Source: Paraspadella gotoi
Lineage: Eukaryota; Animalia; Chaetognatha
Assembly: GCA_051294375.1 (NCBI GenBank)
Contig: CM119267.1
Coordinates: 20,901,755 to 20,965,754, forward strand
Length of the DNA stretch: 64,000 nucleotides
Direction: 5' to 3'
Below the pieces are notes generated by a model, which saw nothing but the letters and a program-made list of their open reading frames with translations, searched no databases and was not told where the DNA came from. The position numbers were made by a program, and so were the translations under genes. Of this stretch, positions 25,580 through 39,500 are shown in pieces (position 1 is the stretch's first letter; each line of letters opens with the position of its first letter).

Positions 25580-25820
25580 CTGTGAACAATTTTTAAATAA
25601 AAAAAATATAATTTGTTATTTTTCCAATTTTTGCATATAGGCGCCCATATTTATACATAGTACTCACCATAGAAAATGTCAAAAATTTTAAAAAAGATGT
25701 TTTTGTTTTTATTTTTTAAAAGCAGATTCTTCGAATTCCTCGCTAAAAGTTGATAAATAAGGAAATTAAAACGCTTTTTAAAAAAAAAAAAAATTTATGA
25801 TTTATTAAGTGGTCAATATT
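25580..25820. mobile_element. Degenerate half copy of the fold-back MITE family
   Basis: GCAGATT..GAATTCCTCG..AAAAGTTGATAAA and TTATTAAGTGGTCAA match an arm of 15711-16310. Confidence 0.6.
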
Positions 25821-26696
25821 CAATCAAATCAATCAATCAGAGAAGAGATAGAGAGAAAGGGAATTCTTTGAAAAAATTCAAAATAAAGATGTGTCTTATT
25901 TGTTTTCAGCTACTTTAAAAAAAACTCTTTTCCATTCCTACGATTCCATCAAAAAATTTTATATCCCAGCTTAATCAACAAACCTTTTATTTATTGCCCG
26001 TCACAACACAAAATTTCAATTTTTCAAAATTTTTATCTATCCAATTTTTAAAATAAATATAATAATCATGATTAAATATAAGTGGGACACCTAATAATGC
26101 GAAGACAAAAATAATATAATGTTTATTACTAAAAGTTGTTTCAGTGGTAACAGGGGAAAGTGGGTGACCAGCAAAATATAAAATATATATAAATAATAAT
26201 AAAAAAGGTCCTCGCAAAAGTTTTTAAAATGTTATCTTTTGTCTGGGAAAACTGCCCTTTTTTAAAAATTATTATTTTTTCATTTTTTCTAGTCTTTTAT
26301 TTCTTTTGGGGAGATTGAAGGAAAGAGCAGTAAGAGGAGTCTCGAAGTCCGCGACTTCGCACGGACTATGATTTCATCGAAAACCCAGATGCGCTGCGGA
26401 AGAGAGAAAGAGAAGAGAAGAGAAGAGAATGACGCCGTCGGGGTCAAGGTTCGAGTCAGGTCCGCGCGACTGAGCCGCGCGACGGAAGAGAAAATATAGA
26501 CTCATAGTCGGAAAACCATAGAAGAGGCACAAAAAATTGGATCCACACGGACATGCAAAAATCTCTCTCTCCTCTCTCTCTCTCACATGTATTTTTTTTA
26601 TTTTAATTTTTATTATTTTCTTACTTTCGCTCACTCTCTGCTTTTTTCTTTTTTTCGCCTTTAAAAATGATAATGGTCTGATTGATACAATTGATT

Positions 26697-26742
<46 letters not shown>

Positions 26743-28149
26743 CCATTTCTCGTCCCCGTCATGAAATTGGGGCGGGGATTTGCCGGGATGGTATCCCGGC
26801 GAAGGCCGCCGCAGGGCGTAGTTGCGGGTTGAACTTATAGTTCTCTCCCCCGATAACTGCGCGAAGTTTTAACAGTTTAAAAAAACTGCAAAAAGGATAT
26901 GGACCGCGTAATATCTCCACAAATCTCCAAGGATTTTTTCCCATCCAAAGTTTTTTTATTTATGAAGATTGGTACAAACCAATTAATAAAAATTAATCCA
27001 TTTATTTAATAAAATAAAGAGCTTCTTGACCGCTGATATCCGACAGGGCTTTTACTTGTTACAGATAATGGCATAGCAGGTTCCAAGCTTTCAAGTTTCC
27101 GAAAGTTTCTTTATTAACTCTCATTGAAATTTGTGGGATCTTTTCTCCCTCTTCAGCCTGTACCCCTAATAACTGTCTAAGTAACTCAACTCTCATTCCC
27201 TCCTCGTTAGCCTTTGTTGATTCTCAAATATTTAAAAATATCTTTTAAAAGAGCGTCCAATAAAAAAGCTTTGGCCTCCTCTAGTCGCACTTTTTTTGCC
27301 ATTTTTGCTCATTTTTTTTTCTTTGAACCATTCGCCTTGCGTGATTCCCTAAAAAATGTATAGTCTATATATGTAATAAACTTATTTCTATTTATAGAAC
27401 CCTCTCTTTCCACCAGCCTTCGCCGAGAACCTCCCTCCTTCTCACCAAAATAACAACCGCTTCCATTGTTTTTTTTTTTTTTCAGTCTAATTTTCCTCTC
27501 CTCTCCCTTAATCTTTTTAAGTTGCGTCGCGAGTCACTCTCACCTTTTTCGTCGGTTCCTGTCGGTCGGGTCCTGTCCAGCTTATATTAAAAATGCAATA
27601 TAAATTCGCCAGCTTAGTTGATTGCTCAATTGTTAAGACAGGAAAAAACCTCAAAGCGAAGTGACTGCTTGCGCCGCCTTCAGGGAATCTTAAAACTTTA
27701 AAGACAAGATTCAGATGCAATGCGTGTCATAAATACGCGTGAAAAGAAAGTCACTGCGGCGCAACACATTTGAATTACCGTTCTTGTTTTTCACGTTTTT
27801 GAGTAATGATCCCAAATGACCAGCCCCCTTTAGCCAACAATGAACCCACCACGGTCGGCGTTTCGTCATAAATAACCAACTCGATTGTTCCTTTCGCCAA
27901 AGTTTACCTGAAATCTTTTCATGAGCATTCACCGTTCACCGTTCACCGCCATTATCACCGAGACCATCTCACCATCTGACTTCTCAAGCGTTGCTCTCCA
28001 TTCTAACGGTTCCAGCCCCAAGAGAAATGCTCCATTTTTTTCTTCTTTCATTTTTTTTTGCGGTTTTTTTTTTGTTCATTTGTTTTCGAAGTCGTTCATC
28101 AACGAAGAACTCATATTCTCCGCCTTCACGCCTAAACTGAATTTTTTCT

Positions 28150-29520
28150 TTTCTAAGCCTTTCTTTACTTTTCTTGGCTTTCCTTTCCTTTTCTTTTCTT
28201 TTCTTTTCTTTTCTTTTCTTTTCTTTAATTTCTTTTCTTTTCTTTTCTTGGCTTTTCTTTTCGTTTCCTTTCTTTTTTTTTCTTGGCTTTACTTTTTTTT
28301 TCTTTTCTTTTATTTTCCTTGCTTTCCTTTTCTTTGCTTTCTTTTTCTTTTCGCGCCAACCCAAGAAAGCAAGTAAAAAGAAAAAGAAAGAAAGCAACAA
28401 CAAGAAAAAGAAAAAAAGGAAAAGAATAAGAATAAAGAAAAGAATAGGTAAAAGAACAAGCAAAAATAGAACAAATAAAAGAAAAATAAAAATAGAATAA
28501 TAAAAGTATTACAATTTATAATAAGAATAAAAGATAAAAAAATAAAAAGGGACCAAGGAAAAAAAAAAAGACAGAAAGAAAAAGCCAAGAAAAGAAAAAG
28601 AAAAAGAATTGTAAAAAGGCCAAAGAGAAATCAAAGGGAAAGAAAAAGAATACTAAAGTGAAGAAGGGAAAAGAGAAAGGAAATATCTAAGTGATAGAAA
28701 AGAAAAAGAATAAGAAAAAACCAGATAAAGATAAAAGAAAGCAAAAAGAGAAGAAAAGGAATAGCAGGAAAAAGAGAAATAAGAGAAAAAAGCTCAGAAC
28801 AGAAGATATGAAAAAGAAAATGAACTGACCGAAAAAAAAAGAAAAGAAAAGAAAAAGCAAGAAAAGAAAAAAAGGAAAGCAAAAAAGAAGAATGAAATCA
28901 AAAGAAGAAAAAAAAAAGTAAACCAAGAAAAAAAAAGAAAGGAAAGAAAACCAAGGAGAAAAAGAAAGAAAAAGAAACAGAAAAGAAATACAAAAGAAAA
29001 GAAAGCAGAAAAAGGAAAAGAAAAAAGGAAAAGCCAANNNNNNNNNNNNNNNNNNNNNNNNNCTTTCTTTTTCTTTTCTTGGCTTTTCTTTTCTTTTCTT
29101 TTCTTTTCTTTAATTTTCTTTTATTTTCTTTTCCTTTTTTTTCTTTTCTTTTCTTTTTTTTCTTTGCTTTCAATTCTTTTCTTTTCTTTTCTTTTCTTTG
29201 CTTTCAATTCTTTTCTTTTCTTTTTTCGGCTTTCCTTTTCTTTTCTTTTCTTAGCTTTTCTTTTCTTTTTTTATCTTTTCTTTTTTTCATTTGTTTTCTT
29301 TTCTTTTCTTTTCTTTTCTTTTCTTTTCTTTTCTTTTCTTTTCTTTTCTTTTCTTGGCTTTTTGTATTTTTTCATTAGCTTTTTTATTTTCTTTTTTTCT
29401 TTTCTCTTTAATGTCTGTTTCTTTTATATCTTTTCTTTACTATATCTTTACATTTGTTTATTTGTTGTTTCTTTTTATTTTTTTTTAAACTTTTTTATTT
29501 TTTCGCTTTCTTTCTTTCCT

Positions 29521-29614
<94 letters not shown>

Positions 29615-29620
29615 TTTCTC
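28150..29620. repeat. (TTTTC)/(GAAAA)-rich low-complexity block with inverted and duplicated parts around a 25-N gap; ends in (TTTC)n
   Basis: CTTGGCTTTTC motifs on + at 28170-28330 and 29063-29360, and their reverse complement AAAAGCCAAG at 28580-29037. Confidence 0.8.
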
Positions 29621-29789
29621 CCTATTTTCATTTTTTTCCCGCCTTTTTTGTTTTTCTCTTTTCAGCTTTTGTTTTTAACCTTCATTTGTCTAATTTCTTT
29701 ATTTTCTTGTTCTTTTGTTTCTCTCTTTCCCCTTCATCTCTCCATTTGAGTGATGATTAGATCGACCGATTGAAGGATGATGATTATTA

Positions 29790-30418
29790 AAGGCAGTAGT
29801 AAGAAATTTCTAAAATTTAACCTTTAATTCAAATTCTAAAAGTGAAGAACGAACAATAGTTATAATTAACTGAACAATTTATGAATAAAAATTGTTATAA
29901 TAAATTTTTACATTATACGCTGAGTAGGCTAATTTATACTAGTACTAATATCAATAAATGTTAAACATTTCACAACAGTTTTTGTCTAAGAAGTTTTTTG
30001 CAGATTTGGATTCGTCATAAAAGATTGGTGGAAAAAGAATATACACTCTTTTTGCAAAAATTCCTTCATTAAGTGGGTACAAAAATTAGAAAAGCTATAT
30101 TTTTAAGCTGAAAATTAACTTTTAGTATATTTGAAATATAGTTTTTTTAATTTTTACCCTACTTAATGAAAGTATTTTAAAATGATTTATCATTGTTCTT
30201 TTATCAAACTTTTGAACGAGGAATTCAAATCTGCAATCAAAACTTAAGAATAAAGCTATTTTGAAATTTTTCGATTATTATAAGGAAGTACTATATAAAA
30301 TATAGCCTACTCGCGAAAATTAAAAAGCATTAAAAAATTTTTTTACAAATAATGCTTCACTGATGGTATGGTTGTTCATATGACTTTAGAATTTCGTAAT
30401 GTAACTTTCACACGCCTT
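29790..30418. mobile_element. Second full copy of the fold-back MITE, in opposite orientation to 15711-16310
   Basis: Termini AAGGCAGTAGT...CACGCCTT. Internal sequence is the reverse complement of copy 1 (GCAGATTTGGATTCGTCATAA, TTCCTTCATTAAGTGGG, GAGGAATTCAAATCTGCAATC). Imperfect flanking repeat ATGATTATT/ATGATTAGT. Confidence 0.88.
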
Positions 30419-30840
30419 AATGATTAGTACCACTGAGGATGATGATAATAGAATCTACGATAAATGTANNNNNNNNNNNNNNNNNNNNNNNNNGCTTCCC
30501 CCCACCGACCCCCCCAACACAAAACACACACAACAACCACAAAAACGCAAAAAACAGAAAAAAACCGCCAAAAAACTCGCGGAAACCAATTCCAAACAGT
30601 TTTTTCAGTGAAACCTTTTCCTTCACAAACCAATCCGGTCTCTGACCTCACGGATATTTTTCCTATCCATTCAAATTTTTATACAATTTTCTCTCTCTCT
30701 CTCTCAATCTCTCGTCGTCGTCTCCTCCCTCATCTCTCTCTCTCCTCTCGTCTCTCTCTCGCTCTCTCTCTCTCATCTCTCTCTTCCATTTTTCTCAATT
30801 TCCGCGTCATCTCCACCTCTCTTCACTCCCTCTTCCTCCC

Positions 30841-30878
<38 letters not shown>

Positions 30879-33800
30879 CTCGTCCTTCTCTTTCTTCCTT
30901 CTCTATCTTCTTTCCCTATCTCCTTTCGTTGCTATCTTGTAATGTAAGTGAACTCGGTATTGCTTGCCAGCGTACGTCTGCATGGCATCCAGATAGCAGG
31001 GGTGTCGCGATAGTAGAAACGTGTTAAATTCTTTTTGGTATAGTGGGTTTTACTCTAAAAGCGGCAAGTTATACAGATGAGACGTAGAAAAAAAAAGATG
31101 CGGAATGGACGAGGAGAGAAAGGGTAGAAGGTCAGTGGGTCGGAATTAGTTCGATAAAAAAACACAAAAAAAAACAAGAGCTCTGTGAAAAGTGAACTAA
31201 CAAGCCAAAACTCTGTTTCATGCCTGTGACAGTCCTTGATATAACTCGCAGTTCGAGATAGAAGAGATGAGGCAAGAAGCGCATTCAGAGAGAAGAGAGA
31301 CGAGAGATGGAGAGAGAAGAGAGTGGAGGGAGGCAGCTAAGAGATGGGACGAAGACAAGGTGGAAGAGAGAAGAACAGACAAAGACGGAGAAAAAAGAAC
31401 TCAAATATCGCGCAGAGACAGAAACAGCCTTAAAGAGGATAATACATTGGGCAGAACCCTTAAACTTGAAGGAAGGATGAAGCTGGAGCTGTAATCTTTT
31501 GAGCGCAAGTAACTGGAGTTCAGGCGAATTTTGACTATTTGCTTTTGCAGCTCAATCCTCTTCTCTCTCTATCTCTCCCTTCTCTTTCTTTCTCTTCTCT
31601 TTCTCTCTCCATTGGCCGTAGCGGGATCTTCATCCCAGGCGTAAGGACCTCTACGGGTAAGTCTCGGGCAAACTTGGGGCGTGCCTGAGGGTGAAATGTT
31701 CGAAATCGGCCGGAATCCGAAAAACGAATGTCTACTCTGGGAATCCGATCAAGTAGTGGCACTTGCCATCTACTGCAGAGTATGATTAGTACCTAAAGCG
31801 AAAAAAGAAGCAATGACACTAAGTGGAAAGGTGTGAATTCTCTTTCGATAATAGCATCTTAAAACAGAATCCTGGTAGGGATATTTTAGTCTTTGACGAT
31901 ATGTGGTTTGTGCCTTGTTTGCATTAAGAGCTCTTCCTGGGAAGCGTTTAAGCGAATAAACAGTTCACGGTTGTGAGTAGTTGAAAGAGCGTTATCCATT
32001 ATAAAGAAAAAAAATGAGAAAATAAAAAGGTAACACGCAAAAAAGAAAACCGTCATATTCCGCAAAGCCCAACCGCCGATTGTAAACTAACTCTCTCTTG
32101 ACTGTTATCTCTCCTTTCTCTTCCTCTCTCTCTCTCTCTCTCTCTCTCTCATCTTGTCTCTCTCAATCTCTCTCTTTCAATCTCTCTCTGGCTCTCCTAT
32201 CTAGCGTCTATTTATTTCCAGTTGTCTTTTAATCTAGCAACCTTGGTATAGGATGTGTGCACTTTTTTTGTTCTCACTGCGCTTTTTTCCTTCAAAACGC
32301 CATCTCTTATTTATCGTCTCTCCAGCCTGGGTTTTTTGTTTGAGAATCGAAATCGCGTAACAAATCCGACAGCATTTTCAATACCAATCTTATATTTTCT
32401 TTAGTCTCAAATAATTGATTTTTTTCTTGGAAGAAGAAGAAACTTTTTAATTTTTTTATTTCGACAAAATCGTCGTTGACGTTTCCCTGACGAGGCGAGC
32501 AGTGAGACTGTATAAGCGGGGTGTGTGAAGTCTGAAACGCTGTTCACGCCTTCCAATCAGCGCCCACGCCGGGCGTCCCAAAAACACTACGCTTTTCTCG
32601 CTCTCGTTTTCTCTCGCTCTCGTCAATCGCCGAAGACCTCTCTTCTATCTAAATAATCTCTTCATTTTGCATTCTCTCTCATTTCTTTTCGGCTCAATAT
32701 ATTTTTCTCGCCGACCCGGCTTGTTCTCCCAGTGCGTAAGAGAAATAACTGAGAGCCCGATATTAAAAGAAGTTATCAGGCTAAAGAAGATATCTTTCTT
32801 CGATACCTTTGAAACTTTTAACCACTTGAGTGTGAAATTGTAAAATTAAGTTTAGCTCAATATGCATTTGGGTGTTTCTAGGTCCATGTCTAAAGCCATT
32901 TAGCATAAATTCGTTGCATAGAAAAGGACCTATCTAAGAGAATTATAAATTAACCAGGTGAAGCTGATATGCCATATAATATAATATATATATATATATA
33001 TACCCTACTCAATCATAGTCTTAAAAAGTTTTCATCGCCGTAAGTCGTTCAGAAAGGTTCTTTCTTTCACAATCAAATTCTTCCCCGTCATCTTTTTCCG
33101 TCGGTACGAATGAGTAACCATCCGTTCGCAGCGCCTCTTGAACAGTGTCCGATTTTCGTTAGACGTCAAAATTTTTGTCATGATGCTAGGCGGGTTCGTG
33201 TAGCCGAAGTGAAACCTAGGCAATGCCCGGAGCGTACAAATTTAATCTCCAATCGTAAATCTAAACGGAATAAAAGTGAAAAGCGAAAAATCCCCATAAA
33301 TATAAAGGAAATCAGGCTGGTGGTGACTGGCGTGGTCAGATGAGTTCGACGTTAAGTAAGTGTTAAATAAAAACCGTCGTTAAGTTAAGTTAAATGTCAA
33401 AGTCAGATCAAGCCACAACAAGAGAAGAAAAATCAAAGTAGAGGAACAGAAGCGAAATAAGAAACAAGAAAATAAATAGGAAAAGATAATAGGCCCCCAA
33501 CTAGTCCGAGATCCTTGCCCGACCGATGTAGTTAAAAACTAGAAGTTAACTATTCAAGCCTAACCGAGAATAATCAGATTTCAACCGGCGCACACCTGTG
33601 CCGTGACTAGCCCCAGGACAATGGAATTAAAAAGTTAATTTCTTTGTTTCTAGCGTAGTGGGGACGCTCAAGGTCGCCAATTCCTTAGGGAAGGTAATTA
33701 GGATCTATTTTTGTAAAATGAAGGATTACCGCAGGATCAGGTGCGCCCCAGAATTTTGTCTCGTCGCTGTGCTGTCCCGGATTTAGCATGGAGTCTATTT

Positions 33801-34759
33801 TACCGTACCCGGTCGACCGAAACGAAGCGGTCGTCAGGATTGAGAAATCGAAGGATAGTGTTTGAGGCGGACCGCCAATTTGGTGATTAAGAGAGAACAA
33901 GGTTTATTTGGATTGGAGGGTTCGAGAGCGAGTAAAGGAGATTGACAAATTGTTCAAGAGGTGATATGGAAAAGAATCGAGACCTCGACGCCGCACAGAT
34001 CCACAGTGAATCAATGATCGGCGGATCTGAGAATATCGTACGTGTACTAAGTAGCGTAAAGTTTTTTTTTGGACGTTCGCGCTGCGGTTTAATATGCGAT
34101 TGGAGTCTTAACCAAAGCCACAGAGAAAAAAAATAGTTGTAATATCACCCGGATATTCGTGAAAAAGATAATATACCAAAAACCTGACCCGACAAAAGAT
34201 ATGAACAAAACAAAGCAGAAGATAGAAATTTAATAAAGAAATTGACGAAAGTAAAAAGTGTAATTCAAACGCAATTGATAGGATCGATTTTGTAAAGTGA
34301 GCGGTCTGACACCGCGAAATTTTTGTAATCAAGTACAGAGAAAGTAATGATTTGTAAATGAAAAATGTTTAAACCGTATATATTGACCGTAAGGAACTAC
34401 AACGGAACGGAATGCTCTTCCCGTATGCCACATTTGTCACGGGTGTTTGTTAATAATTTAAGAAATTATATATTCTTAAATTATGTTCCTCCTATTCCTC
34501 CATTTTCTTTTCTAGAATTTTATTCGAGTAAACAGGAGGAGCACGCCGTTTCTTGCATTGTATCAGAATTTCGAAAGACGATAATTTTCATAATAGATAC
34601 ATCGCGAGACTCTGCTATGCTTATATCCCTAATACTCTCTCATCTGATCTTTAATGGTCCTCTGCATATCTCTCTATCGTTCATTTAGATTCCTGGCTTG
34701 CATTCTCGATGTATGACGTGCGGATTCTATAACATCGCGATACTTTTATGACCGGAAAC

Positions 34760-36300
34760 CCGAAATAAGCGTCTGACCCAGTTGACAAAACACAAGTGGA
34801 CCTTATCTGCCACCCTCACCCGAAGCACGTTTGTTGACTCACCCCTGCGATTGATTGTATGCCGACAGAATCCCAACCGAAGAGAAGCACACATGGCGAA
34901 TGAGAAGTGACATAAACTATCTGAAAACGTATACAAGAAAAATGGGCGAACCGTATGAGACCGCCGCCGCGCGGGGCTGCCGCGCGACCGCGCGCAAAGA
35001 AATAAAAGTATCCAAGGAGTGATTTAGGGAGTATAAACTCGCGTGGCCATCCATTCCAGAGGCGGAGTACTTCGATCTGCCTCTTTCAATTCCCCGAACG
35101 TACCTTATCACGCACTGTGGGCACTTACCAGTCGTCATGCCACGTACGATAGCATCACTCCAATTCTCCTCGCCGCCACAGACTGTTCGGTTTATCCGAC
35201 TTTGATCATTTCCACTTGGATGTATTGATATTTAGTGCCGACTCTGCCGGATATCCGCGTGGCATTTCCCGTTTCGCAACCAAAGTCGCACCGCAACCAG
35301 GTCAAACAATTATTTTCCTTTGTATGATTTTTTTTGACATGCATCCGAAGAAAGTTATCCCTTTTTTGGGAATTCCTAATCGAGACACTGTTATGAAATG
35401 CGGAATCATATTTCATCTGAGCTCTCCACTTTTTTCCTGCGTACAGTGCAAATCAAACACGTTTGTCTTCCAATTTCAGATTTAGTTTTTCTTTCTCCTC
35501 CCTCGTATTTTCGAGCCTGGAGTGATCACTATTAGACCTTTGTGATAAAGAGCCGAACCCGTCGACTAACTTTCCTGCGCCCATTGATAAAGGAGAGAAG
35601 AGAGGCACCTCTGGTTCACTGAAATAACACGAAAAGAATCACCATACTATAAAATTTTGACGAGTTCATCAGTGACAAGAAAACACAGTTCAACTGACGG
35701 GAAAACGTCTCCGGTTGGACTGGCCTCTGCCTGACTGCTCTTCTGCGTCCTCTGCTCTCTCTCTCTCGTTTTTCGAGTTCCTCTCTACTCTCTTCCTTCT
35801 CATCTCACTCCCTCTTCTTCCTCTCTCCTCTCTCTCTCTCCATCTACCTGGCTACTTTCTCTGATCTGAACTGATTCTAACTGATCCTATTCTAAAGATT
35901 TATTATTAATATTACATTCGCGAACACCACTTACATATAAATATAAAGAGGGTCTATAATTACTCCCCCCCCTTCTCTCTCTCTCGTTCCTCCTTTCTTC
36001 CTTTCTGCTCTACTGTTCGATTCGCGACTCTCTACTTAATTCGACTCTGCTTCGATCGCTCACGATACCAGACATCCCCTCAATCTACCTAAGGGCGCGG
36101 TGCGTCTAACCCACAAGAAAATATATGTTTCTTTTACCTCGTGCCCATTCCCGCCCGTCCCGGCGCTGAAGTTACGATGCCCTGCTTCTGACGCTACTGG
36201 GCCACAGTAGAAAAAAAGCGAGAAAAAAATAAGAGAACCGAGCGATCGATTAGAAAGTAACAAAAGACAGAGCGCGACAAAAAAATACGTGAGAGTCAAT
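34760..36300 (+). repeat. Insertion-riddled copy of ~39460-40330
   Basis: Shared anchors in the same order: AGTTGACAAAA, TTGACTCACC, CATTTCCCGTTTC..AACCAAAGTCGC, CCATTGATAA..GGAGAGA, GGGAAAACGTCTCC, TCTGAACTGATTCTAAC, ATATTACATTCGC, CCACTTACATATAAATA. Confidence 0.8.
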
Positions 36301-36509
36301 TGAAGAAGGACAAGACAGAAAGAGCCCCGAAAATAAGGAAAATATAAAGGAGAGAAGGAAAAAAGAAAGAGAAAGAAGTTAGCCGAAAGCATCCCAAAAG
36401 AAAAGAAAACAGAGGAACCCCGGAAGTTAAAAGAGGAAGAATAAGAAGAAAAAAGAGAAAAAGGGGAAAAAATAAAAATAAAATGAAAAATAATAAAGGG
36501 AAAAAAGAA

Positions 36510-36540
<31 letters not shown>

Positions 36541-39500
36541 AGAAAACTTTAGCAGAAAAAGAAGTGACAACATCAAGCCAGAGAATCAAAAAATACGAAA
36601 AACGAGACAATGATAAGTTCTTAGTTTGCGGAAGAAACGAGTAAAAACAAAAAACCGAATGGCAAAAATGTCAAATAAAATATGATCACGCAGAAAACCA
36701 ATGAACAAATGACGACGAACGACGAAACGACGACAACAGACAGCTTCGACAGCCGTCCTTCTTTTTCTCTCCAGCAGCTGGAATCCATCGGTCAATCCAT
36801 GCGTTCCCCTTTTTATTTTGGGCTTCCCGACGGAAGAAAACATCAGATCAAAAGTTGGCCTTAGCAACAGGTCTATCTCGTCTCGTCTATTAGGACAGAT
36901 TTTTGGCTCGTCGTCACGTCGAGGTCCTGAGGACGGGAGAGGAAAAACGCAAACGTCTCAATGAACAAGACAAGAGAAACGAAAAGCGGATTGAGGAATT
37001 AAATTGTAATCTTTATATTGGGAAAAACGTTGACATGGATCAGAATTATTTTTTTCAAAAATAAATAAATAACAAACAACACGTAACGCAGTATGCGTCT
37101 CTTCTCCAGATTTCCTTTTTCTCTGTGTGGGGGGGATCGGGGACTGGGGGAGGGGGAAACAAGGGGGAGGTAGGGGGTATAGGTTTCGTGATCCACACCG
37201 TGTCAGAGGATGCTTAATTTGTCAAGAGAGGCTCGCAGTTACCGGCAGAGATTTTTTCCGACGAAGTCGGAAAGATGCAATGCCCTTCTCTCGTCTTCTG
37301 CTCTCTCTCTCATCTCGGTATTCTGGTATCGCTTCTAGTTATGCTGTCAATCCTATCGAACTCCAGATCTCTCTTCTCCACACTCGACGATCGTCTCTGC
37401 TCTCTCGCTATCCTCTTAAGTACTCCGTATCCGCTGTACTTATTAATGGTGATACACAGCCGACTACGACGTACAGTAGGACTGTGCACCATCACAGTCG
37501 CCAGGTATGAATGCATCCTCAGGTCCCTCCACTCAATACGACAGAGGGGTCATCTTAATCCTAGCTAGAACCCAGCGGATATTTCGGGCGGAGAAAGAAG
37601 AGAATATTATAGTATCAAAGGTAGAAAAAGAAAGGAGAATAGGGGCAGGACTGCTGACAAACAACAAGCAAAAAGAGATATGACGACAAGAGAGAGCGCA
37701 GAGGTGCCGCGATAGAGAGATGTTTAACGTGTCGCCAGTGCAGCAAAAATTAGAACCAATATAATGTTGGAAATTCATTTTTCTTTTTTCTTTCTCGTGC
37801 AGACTCTCATACTCTCATCATACCTAGGTCCATCTCAGCAGTGCTTTGACGCTAAAGCTTCGTGCATAGTCAGTCTCTTCTGGTTAAGGGGGTTAAAATG
37901 GAAGGAGAATAAGAGCAACGAAGAAAAGACAGAGGGCGTGGCGGAAGAAGGTGAAGTAGCGGGGCGGGTGACAACGGGTGCGGGTAGAGCTTGGTCTGTC
38001 CAGCCGGAAGATTCGAAGGAAGGCGGAGAGACGCGGAAAATAGAGTGGAAGGAAGGTCAAGGTTGAGAGATTTGAAGGCGCGAAAGTAAGACTACGGAAG
38101 CAGGGACAAGTAAAAAACAAGAGGTTCCTACCAAGAAAATCTAACTAAAGCAATATTTAATTTTTATTATTTTTTTTAATTAACCTACTTAGTTTTTTTA
38201 GTCCACGAGGTCACAATGTGATCGTTCTATTGAAAAAAGGTCATACAGAGCTGGCAGGGTTCGCTATCTTTGATCTTTTAAGAGCTGACGAGTGGACAGT
38301 GGACAAACCAGTCAGACCTCGACCATAGGTTACGGGGTTTTAGGAAACATGGTAGTAGTCGGAGGACCTATCCCGGATTCACCACCGCCCTATAAGCAAT
38401 GAAACACCATTAGAGACAGTCCTGACCCGGCTGGCTCAATTGAGACTGAAGAGGCCATCAGCCTCATAGACGCGCACTAGGTACCGAGGGTACTCAATCC
38501 ACACAAGCCTCGGTACCTCCAAGGGATAAGCTCTGGGGCGATAGAACGGAGTGAGGACGCGGCCGTAAGGACCGCCTTGGGGGCGTGGCAACACCCTAAA
38601 GCCTGGTTCCCAAGCCCAAGGACCACAACGATATACAACAGAACCAAATGTGGACTAAAGAACGCGTGGAACAGTAGAGAGTGAAGTAATCTATCAGAGA
38701 GCATGGTATACCACGTCATATAAGTAACAGCTGTGCGGACGGTTCAATACGTATATCCAAAGCACTCACTTAGCCCTTACTCCCTCAGCCACCAAATAAT
38801 TAATATATAAGAGTGAATGATAAATGACACATCCCCACAACATAATATCCATACATAATCTATGAGAAGAGGCCAGGATAGCGAACAGACCTCTTTGATA
38901 TCAGAGTGATATGAGGACAAACAAAAGATACAGGGATTCACAGAGAATAATCCTACCGAAACCATAGAAAAACAGCCGAAAACAGAGGAGATAGAAGGAA
39001 AAAGTGAACTACACACTCAATATAAATTAAGATTTGAAATGTTATCCAAAAAAGACAAACTAATATTAATATCTATTTATAAATTATGAATATCATATTA
39101 AATCTAATAAAGATTAAACTAAAATACGCCACGACTTACACACCGACTCAATAGCGACCGTCGATATTCCAAAGGACGCTCAACGGGATATTCAGACGCC
39201 GTCACGCCGACCCTCGGACCATCGTGCCGGGCGGCGGCGGCGGCGGCGGCGGCGGCCCTGGGGCTCACCGGACGGCTGGACGAGACTTACCGACGTCCGA
39301 CTATGATGATAACGACGACGACGATGATAATGACGAAGACGATAATTAGAACGATAGTAATGCAATAATGATAATGGTGATAATGATTAAGAGTCTGGTG
39401 ATGATGATGAGGATGATAATCATTATCTGATGATGATGATGATCGAGATGAGGAAGACGAAAAGCGTCGAAAGTTGACAAAAAAAGTGACTGATTCACCT

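Noticed and set aside
21983-29760. Many long Leu/Ser/Phe- or Arg/Glu/Lys-rich ORFs
   Set aside because: Translations of (CT)n, (GA)n and (TTTTC)n microsatellites.
33030-35420. Apparent - strand exons with GTAAGT/GTGAGT donors
   Set aside because: At least 34760 onward is an insertion-riddled copy of ~39460-40330, so the peptides are probably noise; the rest is in the same low-quality tract.
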